The notes under the pieces were generated by a model. That model saw nothing but the letters and a program-made list of their open reading frames with translations, had not been told where the DNA came from and ran no database searches. A stretch of DNA of 25,803 nucleotides from IMG/VR virus record IMGVR_UViG_3300048105_000122, positions 1 to 25,803 of that record, one strand, 5' to 3'. This document shows, one piece after another, positions 18,798 through 25,803 of the stretch. Made by a program: the position numbers and the translations under genes. The DNA is from a virus (Duplodnaviria > Caudoviricetes). Each line of letters starts with the position of its first letter. Position 1 is the stretch's first letter.

Positions 18798-18851
18798 CAA
18801 AAAAATAACAATATTTAGTAATTTTTTTGAAAAAAATAGCTTATATAGCTA

Positions 18852-18880
18852 TTTACAAAAACCTAATTATACTATATAAT
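18852..18880 (+). promoter_or_regulatory. Sigma70-type promoter for nrdBA
   Basis: TTTACA (18852-18857), 17-nt spacer, TATAAT (18875-18880). Confidence 0.7.
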
Positions 18881-18920
18881 AGTACCAACAAATAAAACAA
18901 TACATAAAACCGCACTTCAT

Positions 18921-18962
18921 TACAATACCATAATTTTAGCTAGTTATGGTATAGTATTTTTT
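18921..18962 (+). terminator. Terminator/attenuator-like hairpin in nrdB leader
   Basis: ATACCATAA (18925-33) pairs with TTATGGTAT (18944-52), extended by TAC/GTA, followed by T6. Confidence 0.45.
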
Positions 18963-18980
18963 GTGCTCCGAGAAAGAAAG

Positions 18981-19958
18981 ATGCCCATGTTATTTCAAGA
19001 ACAGATAGCCAGAAAACCAGACCTATACCCTTGGACAAAAGATTTTATTGAAGCAATTTGGAAGGGGTTTTGGACTCCAGAAGAATTTAACTTTAGATCA
19101 GATTATTCACAATTTAAAACAGATTTAACACCGCAGGAACAGGAAATAGTTGTTAGAACTATGTCGGCTATCGGACAAATTGAAATAGCAGTTAAATCTT
19201 TTTGGGCTGAAGTTGGTAATAATCTTCCACACCCATCTATCAAAGATTTAGGTTTTGCTATGGCAAATTCTGAAGTAATTCACAACATGGCTTATGAAAA
19301 GATTCTTGATGTATTGCATCTAACTCATGTATTTGAAGAAAACTTAAATGTGGAAGTTATTAAACGTAGAGTAGATTATCTCCGTAAGTATAATAATAAA
19401 GTTTATGCAGATGATAAGAAGCAATACATTTATTCAATTATGCTCTTTACATTATTTGTGGAAAATGTGAGTCTGTTTAGTCAGTTCTATATAATTATGC
19501 ACATGAATAGAAATAAAGCAGTAATGAAAGATTGTGCACAACAAGTACAATATACACGTAATGAAGAAATGTTACACGCTCAAGTAGGAATTAAACTAAT
19601 TAATACCTTGCGTGAAGAATATCCAGACTTATTTGATGAAGAATTAGAAGCGAGAGTGAAAGAGGAGTGTATTGATGCACTAAAAGCAGAAAGTAAAGTT
19701 ATTGATTGGATTATGGGAGATTATGAAGTAAAGGGGTTGAGTGCGAATATTCTTAAATCATTTATTGCAAAAAGAATGGCGGACTCTTTAGATCAAATTG
19801 GATTTGATAGTAGTGAGATTGTATATGATCAGAGTCATGTAGATGAGACTTTTTGGTTTGATGAAGAATTATACGGTGCAAATATGACTGATTTCTTTCA
19901 GAAAAGACCCGTTGAGTATGCAAAGGGTCAGGGTATATCTGCGGATGATTTATTTTAA
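18981..19958 (+). CDS. nrdB: Ribonucleotide reductase small subunit (class Id / NrdBi-like)
   Basis: Ferritin-like motifs QIEIAVK, EVIHNMAY, VENVSLFSQF, NEEMLH and C-terminal DFF.KRPVEY. ATG at 18981 (or 18987) preferred over GTG 18963. Confidence 0.95.
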   Translation: MPMLFQEQIARKPDLYPWTKDFIEAIWKGFWTPEEFNFRSDYSQFKTDLTPQEQEIVVRTMSAIGQIEIAVKSFWAEVGNNLPHPSIKDLGFAMANSEVIHNMAYEKILDVLHLTHVFEENLNVEVIKRRVDYLRKYNNKVYADDKKQYIYSIMLFTLFVENVSLFSQFYIIMHMNRNKAVMKDCAQQVQYTRNEEMLHAQVGIKLINTLREEYPDLFDEELEARVKEECIDALKAESKVIDWIMGDYEVKGLSANILKSFIAKRMADSLDQIGFDSSEIVYDQSHVDETFWFDEELYGANMTDFFQKRPVEYAKGQGISADDLF

Positions 19959-21613
19959 TGGAGAATATTATGGGGTTTGAATGGGCAAATGAGGACTCTC
20001 GTACTTTTTTAAGTAGAGGGTATATAGATGGAAACATGACTGTCGAAGAACGTGTAAGGATTATTGCATGGACAGCAGAGAAAATTTTAGATAGAGAAGG
20101 TTTTGCTGATAAGTTTTATGATTATATGAGTAGAGGATTTTATTCTTTATCTTCTCCAGTATGGTCTAATTTTGGAACTAAAAAAGGTTTACCTATTTCA
20201 TGTAATGGTGTTTTTATTAATGATAATATGGAATCTATCTTAAAGAAAACAGCAGAAGTTGGTATGCAAACCAAAATGGGAGCAGGTACTTCTGGTTATT
20301 ATGGTGCGCTAAGATCAAGAGGTGAACCAATTAAGAGTGGTGGAACAGCAGATGGACCAGTACACTTTATGAATCTAACAGAAACCACAGTAGATGTTGT
20401 CGCTCAAGGTAACGTTCGCCGAGGCTCTTTTGCTGCATATCTTGATATATCATCACCTGATATTATGGAGTTTCTTGACGCTCGTGAAGAAGGTTCATCT
20501 ATTATTAATATGTCACTTGGTGTGTGTATTGGCGATGACTGGATGCAAGAAATGATTGATGGCGATCCAGATAAGAGAACCGTATGGGCTCGTGTTCTCC
20601 GTAAACGTCGTGAGTCTGGTTATCCATATCTGTTCTTCAAAGATACAGTAAACAAAAATAAACCACGTGTTCTCAGACAAAAAGATATTTCTATTTGGGC
20701 ATCTAATCTTTGTTCCGAAATCTGTTTACCATCATCAGAAGATGAATCTTTTGTGTGTAACTTAGCATCTATGAATATATTAAAAGCAGATGAATGGATG
20801 GAGACAGATGCAGTAGAAACAATGATTTGGTTTCTTGATGCTGTGATGGAAGAATACATTGAGAAGACCGCTGATATACAATTTATGCAGTCTGCAAATA
20901 ATTTTGCAAAACGTTGGAGAGCACTAGGGCTAGGTCAGCTAGGTTGGCATTCATATCTACAGTCTAAAATGATTGCATTTGAATCGTTTGATGCACATCT
21001 ATTATCAGCAAAGATTAGTAAGTTTATTGACGATCGTTCTCTTGAAGCATCTAAAGAGTTAGCCATTGAGTATGGTGAACCAGAAGGTATGTTAGAAACA
21101 GGCGAACGGAATCTAACAAGAACTGCTGTTGCTCCAACTACATCATCATCTTTTATTCTTGGTCAAGTATCTCCGTCTATTGAACCTTTAGCATCTAATT
21201 ACTTTACAAAAGATTTAGCAAAGGGTAAGTTTACTTATCGTAATCCATATCTAAAAGATTGTTTAGCTGAACACGATAAAGATAATGAAGAAACTTGGGT
21301 TGATATTCTAAAGCATGGTGGATCAGTACAGCACCTAGATTTTTTAACACAAAATGAAAAAGACGTATTTAAAACATTTAGTGAAATCACTCCACTATCT
21401 ATTGTCCAACAAGCAGGTGCAAGACAAAAATATATAGATCAGTCACAAAGTTTAAATATCCTAATTCATCCTGATGTACCAGCTAAAGATGTAAATGCTT
21501 TACTCATTGAAGGTTGGAAGCTAGGTGTTAAAACTTTCTACTATCAACGTAGTGCTAATCCAGCTCAAGAACTGGTACGTGACATTATGAACTGTGATGC
21601 TTGTGAAGGATAA
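19958..21613 (+). CDS. nrdA: Ribonucleotide reductase large subunit, short, no ATP-cone (NrdAi-like)
   Basis: PISC, SNLCSEI, VCNL, APTTSSS, KTFYY and C-terminal CDACEG. Confidence 0.96.
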   Translation: MENIMGFEWANEDSRTFLSRGYIDGNMTVEERVRIIAWTAEKILDREGFADKFYDYMSRGFYSLSSPVWSNFGTKKGLPISCNGVFINDNMESILKKTAEVGMQTKMGAGTSGYYGALRSRGEPIKSGGTADGPVHFMNLTETTVDVVAQGNVRRGSFAAYLDISSPDIMEFLDAREEGSSIINMSLGVCIGDDWMQEMIDGDPDKRTVWARVLRKRRESGYPYLFFKDTVNKNKPRVLRQKDISIWASNLCSEICLPSSEDESFVCNLASMNILKADEWMETDAVETMIWFLDAVMEEYIEKTADIQFMQSANNFAKRWRALGLGQLGWHSYLQSKMIAFESFDAHLLSAKISKFIDDRSLEASKELAIEYGEPEGMLETGERNLTRTAVAPTTSSSFILGQVSPSIEPLASNYFTKDLAKGKFTYRNPYLKDCLAEHDKDNEETWVDILKHGGSVQHLDFLTQNEKDVFKTFSEITPLSIVQQAGARQKYIDQSQSLNILIHPDVPAKDVNALLIEGWKLGVKTFYYQRSANPAQELVRDIMNCDACEG

Positions 21614-21619
21614 CAATAA

Positions 21620-21766
21620 ATGAAATATTATTACATTGAGTGCGAAATTTGTGACGAGCAGTCTCAAATAACAGTAGAAAATTCTTCTCCAGAGCCAGAG
21701 TTTTGTCCTATGTGTGGTAACATTGCTATTCCAAACTTCTTAGATGAAGAGGAAGATTTAGATTAA
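21620..21766 (+). CDS. 48-aa Zn-ribbon protein (absent from ORF track)
   Basis: MKYYYIECEICDEQSQITVENSSPEPEFCPMCGNIAIPNFLDEEEDLD, with CxxC...CPxCG and RBS AAGGA upstream. Confidence 0.8.
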   Translation: MKYYYIECEICDEQSQITVENSSPEPEFCPMCGNIAIPNFLDEEEDLD

Positions 21767-21772
21767 ATTTTA

Positions 21773-21779
21773 CTAAATA
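21773..21779 (+). promoter_or_regulatory. Possible late promoter (CTAAATA variant)
   Basis: Intergenic TAAATA core 31 bp upstream of ORF 21811. Confidence 0.45.
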
Positions 21780-21810
21780 GTATTACTTACAACTAGGGTT
21801 AAGTGATATT

Positions 21811-22233
21811 ATGTGGATTTTAAATGGTAACGAATTTGACCCAACCGAGTTTGATTTTGATAACTTGGTTGGGTTTGTTTATTGTATAACAGATTTAAGC
21901 AACAATAAAAAATATATAGGTAAAAAAGGTTTTTGGTCAAGAAGAAAACTAAAACCACTAAAAGGTAAAACCAGAAATAGAATTGTCAAGAAAGAATCCG
22001 ATTGGAGAGAATACCACGGATCTAATGAGGAAGTTAAACTTCTTGTTGAGACTCATGGATCAGAAAGATTTAAAAGAGAAATACTCCGACTCTGCAGAAG
22101 TAAAGGCGAGATGTCTTACTTTGAAATGAAAGAGCAGATTGACCGTGAAGTGCTATTTAGCGACGAATATTATAATGAGTTTATAGGAGGAAAAATTCAT
22201 TCTAAACACGTTAAAGGAATAGCAAATGTATGA
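21811..22233 (+). CDS. GIY-YIG family endonuclease
   Basis: GFVYCI...KKYIGKK, downstream R, E and YN motifs. Compact, without homing-endonuclease DNA-binding repeats. Confidence 0.8.
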   Translation: MWILNGNEFDPTEFDFDNLVGFVYCITDLSNNKKYIGKKGFWSRRKLKPLKGKTRNRIVKKESDWREYHGSNEEVKLLVETHGSERFKREILRLCRSKGEMSYFEMKEQIDREVLFSDEYYNEFIGGKIHSKHVKGIANV

Positions 22234-22675
22234 ATATAAATGTAAAGTATTAAGAGTAGTCGATGGCGATACAGTAGATGTTGATATTGATCTAGGTTTT
22301 GGAATAGTATTATCAGATGAAAGAGTTCGTATCATGGGAATTGATACACCAGAATCACGCACTAGAGATAAAGTAGAAAAGCTTTTCGGCAAAGCAAGTA
22401 AGTATAGACTTGAATCATTACTGGGTGAAATTGCTATATTAAAAACACAAATTAATAAAGACGGCGAAGACATGAAAGGCAAGTTTGGTAGAGTTCTTGG
22501 AGACTTTGTAACAGAAGACGGAAGAATGGCTACTGAAGTAATGATCGATGAAGGACATTGTGTTCCATATTTTGGCGGATCAAAGGAAGAGGTCCAGGCG
22601 CAACATATGAAAAATAGAGAACGTCTTATATCAGAAGGTATTGTAACACAGGAACAAATAGACGAAGTTTCATAA
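22226..22675 (+). CDS. Thermonuclease (staphylococcal nuclease-like) family protein
   Basis: RVVDGDT, RVRIMGIDTPE, GKFGRVLG. Confidence 0.9.
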   Translation: MYEYKCKVLRVVDGDTVDVDIDLGFGIVLSDERVRIMGIDTPESRTRDKVEKLFGKASKYRLESLLGEIAILKTQINKDGEDMKGKFGRVLGDFVTEDGRMATEVMIDEGHCVPYFGGSKEEVQAQHMKNRERLISEGIVTQEQIDEVS

Positions 22676-22678
22676 AAT

Positions 22679-23017
22679 ATGCTTGATTATTTAACATTAA
22701 GTTTGGCTTTATCGTTACACCTTGGTATGGATGGAGAGTATAACGAATTACATCCTCATATTCGATATCAAGATAATAAGTTTATATCTGGAGCATATTA
22801 TAACAGCTTAAATAAAATATCATTATATGCGGGAATTCGACACGAAATAAATAATTTTGGAATTGAATTTACTACTACTACTGGTTATGATAATCTTTTT
22901 TCGCCGTATATTCGTGCTACACAAGACGTTAGTGAGCATACTAGATTTTTTATAACTGGCGCGGCAGAGAATAAAAGCATAGGGACAATTATTGGTGTTG
23001 AATTATCAATAAACTAA
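22679..23017 (+). CDS. Small beta-barrel-like protein (PagP-like phage family)
   Basis: SLH...YNELHP...GAYYNS...SLYAG...TGY pattern with alternating amphipathic strands. Confidence 0.45.
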   Translation: MLDYLTLSLALSLHLGMDGEYNELHPHIRYQDNKFISGAYYNSLNKISLYAGIRHEINNFGIEFTTTTGYDNLFSPYIRATQDVSEHTRFFITGAAENKSIGTIIGVELSIN

Positions 23018-23030
23018 TAGGAGACTAATT

Positions 23031-23501
23031 ATGAACGCTAAATTCGGAATAGGTGTCATTATAGCAATTGTGCTACAAGTAAGTGCGTTTGTTTGGTGGA
23101 CGGCACAACAAGCACAAACTATTGAAACACTTAAAGGTGAGGTTGCAGAACTTACCGCCAAGAGTGAAATTGAAAAAGAAGTTACATTAATTAATGATGT
23201 AAAACAGCTACAAAAAGATATTACAGAGTTAAACGATAAAACACTAAAAGCAATACTTGAAACACATGATCGTATTGATGGTTTAGGGCAACATGTAAGT
23301 AAACAAGATGAACTAATTAATAGCACCTTTACAAACCAAATGGCAGAGTTTGAAGAAAAGGTACAGAATAGTTTTAATGTAGTTGAGGGTTGGGTAGATG
23401 AGTTAGATGTTTCTGTTGAAGATTTATATTTACACATAGATGTGACTAGTCAAGGTCTTGATAAAAAATTAAGTGATAGAATTAAAGATCATAAACATTA
23501 G
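23031..23501 (+). CDS. Membrane-anchored coiled-coil protein
   Basis: N-terminal TM helix ending in FVWW, long heptad region, RBS AGGAG. Confidence 0.65.
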   Translation: MNAKFGIGVIIAIVLQVSAFVWWTAQQAQTIETLKGEVAELTAKSEIEKEVTLINDVKQLQKDITELNDKTLKAILETHDRIDGLGQHVSKQDELINSTFTNQMAEFEEKVQNSFNVVEGWVDELDVSVEDLYLHIDVTSQGLDKKLSDRIKDHKH

Positions 23502-23504
23502 TGG

Positions 23505-23533
23505 TTTACATTTAATTCAAAATATATTATATT
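23505..23533 (+). promoter_or_regulatory. Phage early promoter
   Basis: (G)TTTACA-17 nt-TATATT. Confidence 0.65.
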
Positions 23534-23564
23534 ACTAATATAATAAGAATCAGGAAGAAATAAA

Positions 23565-23774
23565 ATGACTTATACTCTTACAACAGATATTGATACTAGA
23601 TTAGCAACTAAATCGGAAATTAAACAATTTGCAGAAGAACATGGATGTATTCTTTCAAAATTTAAAGCTTTAGAAAGTAATCATCTTGTTACATTTTCTT
23701 CTAATAATTTGGATTATATTCAAGAGTTAACAGACCAACTTCAATTATCACACTCAAAAATAGTTTCTTTATAA
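23565..23774 (+). CDS. Hypothetical early protein
   Basis: RBS AGGA and its own promoter. No recognised motif. Confidence 0.6.
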   Translation: MTYTLTTDIDTRLATKSEIKQFAEEHGCILSKFKALESNHLVTFSSNNLDYIQELTDQLQLSHSKIVSL

Positions 23775-23777
23775 TTG

Positions 23778-23806
23778 TTTACTTTTCTTAAAAAATATAG
23801 TATAAT
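23778..23806 (+). promoter_or_regulatory. Phage early promoter for rnh
   Basis: (TTG)TTTACT-17 nt-TATAAT. Confidence 0.7.
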
Positions 23807-23832
23807 ATTTTATATACAAAGAGGAATATATT

Positions 23833-24684
23833 ATGATTATTATTGATTACTCTGGTGTTTCTATTGCTCCTATTGCAATGGGTGTTGCTGGAGTAGATGA
23901 AAACTTAATTCGCCATATGATTCTAAATTCTATTAGAATGTATAGAAACAAATTTAAAGATAAGTATGGCGAAATAGTTATTGTAGCAGATGGTGGCGGT
24001 AACTGGCGTAAGAAAGTGTATCCCGAATATAAAGGCAACCGTTCTAAGAATCGTGAAGAGTCTAAGATCGATTGGGAAGAAGCTTTCCGTATTATTGGTA
24101 TGGTTCGTGACGAGCTAAGAGATAACTTTCCCTATAAGGTTATTCACCAGTGGGGCTGTGAAGCAGACGATACTATTGCCGAACTTGTAAAGTGGACGCA
24201 AGAATTTGGTAATCATGAGGAAGTCATGATTGTATCAGCAGATAAAGATTTTAAACAGCTTCAGAAATATAATAATGTAAGACAGTATTCTAATATCACA
24301 AAGAAATTTGTAGATGAACCTAATCCTAGATTATTTCTTGCAGAACACATATTAAAAGGTGATGGTAGTGATGGAGTGCCTAATGTATTATCTGATGATA
24401 AGTGTTTAGTTGAGGGTCGCAGACAGAATGTTCTATCAAAGAAAAAGAAAGAGGCTTTACTTGAAGACCCTAAAGCTTTAGGTGAAGATGTTTATAGAAA
24501 CTATTTGCGCAATAAAAAAATGATTGATTTAACAGAAAGTTCAGAATGTCCTGAAAGTATAAAACAAGAGATTATAAATACTTTTATGGAGCAAGATCAA
24601 TATAAAAACAAAGGTAAAGTTTTTCCCTTTCTTGTTCAAAAAAGATGTAAATTATTGCTAGAGAATGTACAGGAGTTTATTTAG
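23833..24684 (+). CDS. rnh: T4-type RNase H (5'-3' exonuclease, FEN family)
   Basis: IIIDYS, WRK..YPEYK.NR, EADD, SADKDF.QL, GDGSDGVPN. Confidence 0.93.
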   Translation: MIIIDYSGVSIAPIAMGVAGVDENLIRHMILNSIRMYRNKFKDKYGEIVIVADGGGNWRKKVYPEYKGNRSKNREESKIDWEEAFRIIGMVRDELRDNFPYKVIHQWGCEADDTIAELVKWTQEFGNHEEVMIVSADKDFKQLQKYNNVRQYSNITKKFVDEPNPRLFLAEHILKGDGSDGVPNVLSDDKCLVEGRRQNVLSKKKKEALLEDPKALGEDVYRNYLRNKKMIDLTESSECPESIKQEIINTFMEQDQYKNKGKVFPFLVQKRCKLLLENVQEFI

Positions 24685-24685
24685 A

Positions 24686-25105
24686 ATGGCGAAACTAATT
24701 TATGAAGTAATTGTGGAAGCCGGTAAGAAAAGATCCAAGGCTGAGAAAGTTGAATGTTTAAAACAGAATGAATCTTGGGCTTTAAAAGATATTCTTAGAG
24801 GTACATATGATGATGCTGTTCAATGGTTAGTTCCAGCTGGAGCTCCACCATATACTCCTAATAAAGAAGAAAGCACACCATCTAATCTTATTAGACAAAA
24901 TACTCAGTTTAGGTATCTGGTAGATTCGTCAGATGCTAGAAATGTGCTTAAAGCCAAACGTGAAAATATTTACATTAGATTACTAGAATCTATTCACCCA
25001 TTAGATGCAGAGATTGTAATAAACATGGTTAGTAAAAAATCTATTAAAGGCATATCAAAATCAGTAGTGCAGGAGGCTTACCCAGGTTTAATACAAAAAG
25101 GTTGA
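24686..25105 (+). CDS. Conserved T4-like phage protein (DUF6433-like)
   Basis: P.G.PPY, KRE...I.LLESIHP.DAE motif. AGGAG RBS supports ATG 24686 rather than 24665. Confidence 0.65.
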   Translation: MAKLIYEVIVEAGKKRSKAEKVECLKQNESWALKDILRGTYDDAVQWLVPAGAPPYTPNKEESTPSNLIRQNTQFRYLVDSSDARNVLKAKRENIYIRLLESIHPLDAEIVINMVSKKSIKGISKSVVQEAYPGLIQKG

Positions 25106-25137
25106 TAATGAATACCAATAAATCTAAAAACTTTGTG

Positions 25138-25170
25138 GCTGGTCTCCCTTTTAAGGGTTGGCCAGCTTTT
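25138..25170 (+). terminator. Rho-independent terminator-like hairpin
   Basis: GCTGGTC-TCCCTT-TT-AAGGG-TT-GGCCAGC followed by TTTT. Confidence 0.6.
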
Positions 25171-25191
25171 ACTTTTCTAAAGGAGATAATA

Positions 25192-25356
25192 ATGTCTGAA
25201 CATCAATTACAGAGATTGCTTAAAGATTCCGAAGCACTAAACACATTTGCTGGAATGCTACTCGAAGAAGGAGAGACAGAACTCGTGAAAAAAATAGAAG
25301 CAAAGAAAAAGTTTTTAGACAATCACATATCGACGGTCATGGAGGTGGCCGCCTAA
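25192..25356 (+). CDS. Small helical hypothetical protein (54 aa)
   Basis: AAGGAG RBS 7 nt before ATG 25192. The longer upstream extension overlaps the hairpin. Confidence 0.6.
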   Translation: MSEHQLQRLLKDSEALNTFAGMLLEEGETELVKKIEAKKKFLDNHISTVMEVAA

Positions 25357-25379
25357 TTTTAAATTTGTAAACTTAATTG

Positions 25380-25408
25380 TTTACAAGTCATTCAAAATAT
25401 AGTATTAT
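25380..25408 (+). promoter_or_regulatory. Phage early promoter
   Basis: (TTG)TTTACA-17 nt-TATTAT. Confidence 0.68.
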
Positions 25409-25436
25409 ACTTATATAATCTTATTTGGAGTTACCA

Positions 25437-25803
25437 ATGAATATTTTTGTACTTGATAGTGATCCTATCAAATCAGCTCAACTGCAATGTGATAAACACG
25501 TTGTTAAAATGATAGTTGAATCTGCTCAGATGCTATCTACTGCTCATAGAATGTTAGATGGTTATGTAGAGAAACGTCCATCGAAATCTGGTAAAAGAAT
25601 GATAAACTACTGGGTCCATCCAGACGTTCATATGGAAAATACTTTATATAAAGCTGTTCATCATGGGCACCCATGTACAATATGGACTATGCAGTCAATA
25701 GCAAACTATGCGTGGCATTACGATCATTTCCATGCTCTATGTATTGAATACCAATATCGCTATAATAGGGTACATAGTACTCAAACTAAGCTTGAAGAAA
25801 TTT
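25437..25803 (+). CDS. Pyrimidine-dimer DNA glycosylase / endonuclease V-like protein (3'-truncated, absent from ORF track)
   Basis: MNIFVLDSDPIKSAQLQCDKHVVKMIVESAQMLSTAHR...LYKAVHHGHPCTIWT, RBS GGAG. Confidence 0.8.
   Translation, partial: MNIFVLDSDPIKSAQLQCDKHVVKMIVESAQMLSTAHRMLDGYVEKRPSKSGKRMINYWVHPDVHMENTLYKAVHHGHPCTIWTMQSIANYAWHYDHFHALCIEYQYRYNRVHSTQTKLEEI

Noticed and set aside
21811-22233. Mobile homing endonuclease or intron associated with nrd
   Set aside because: nrdA and nrdB are uninterrupted, and the GIY-YIG protein lacks C-terminal DNA-binding repeats
221-22482. Minus-strand and alternative-frame ORFs in the track (e.g. 221-451, 1911-2183, 8357-8575, 10063-10365, 16444-16800, 22153-22482; likewise 23006-23437 and 23847-24038)
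   Set aside because: All lie within longer + strand genes, lack RBS or recognisable motifs, and look like shadow ORFs
25102-25191. N-terminal extension of ORF 25102..25356
   Set aside because: It spans the terminator-like hairpin, and the strong RBS points to ATG 25192
1-25803. tRNA genes or stop-codon recoding
   Set aside because: No cloverleaf seen in the short intergenic gaps. Genes are full length in the standard code and TAA, TAG and TGA all act as stops.

Overview
AT-rich fragment of a T4-like (Tevenvirinae-related, probably marine) myovirus genome. All credible genes are on the + strand. Positions 1-18734 form a late (virion and lysis) region with T4-type late promoters (TATAAATA). 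It holds five large modular tail-appendage or receptor-binding proteins, four of which form two paralogous pairs with conserved scaffolds and swapped beta-propeller or LamG cassettes. These flank a block of putative capsid-internal proteins, including a PD-(D/E)XK-like nuclease, and an overlapped spanin pair. An intergenic switch at 18735-18980 carries divergent sigma70-type promoters, one of them firing antisense with no gene. Positions 18981-25803 form an early/replication region: a class Id-like ribonucleotide reductase (nrdB-nrdA), a Zn-ribbon protein, GIY-YIG and SNase nucleases, a small beta-barrel protein, RNase H and a partial pyrimidine-dimer glycosylase, with repeated GTTTAC-N17-TAnnnT promoters. 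The most notable signals are the slot-and-cassette tail protein system, strong Asp-Ser (D-S-x-Y-x-x-x-R) motif enrichment in virion proteins, capsid-targeted cargo/polyprotein candidates and the orphan antisense promoter. Family and DUF names are recalled from motifs, not from database searches.
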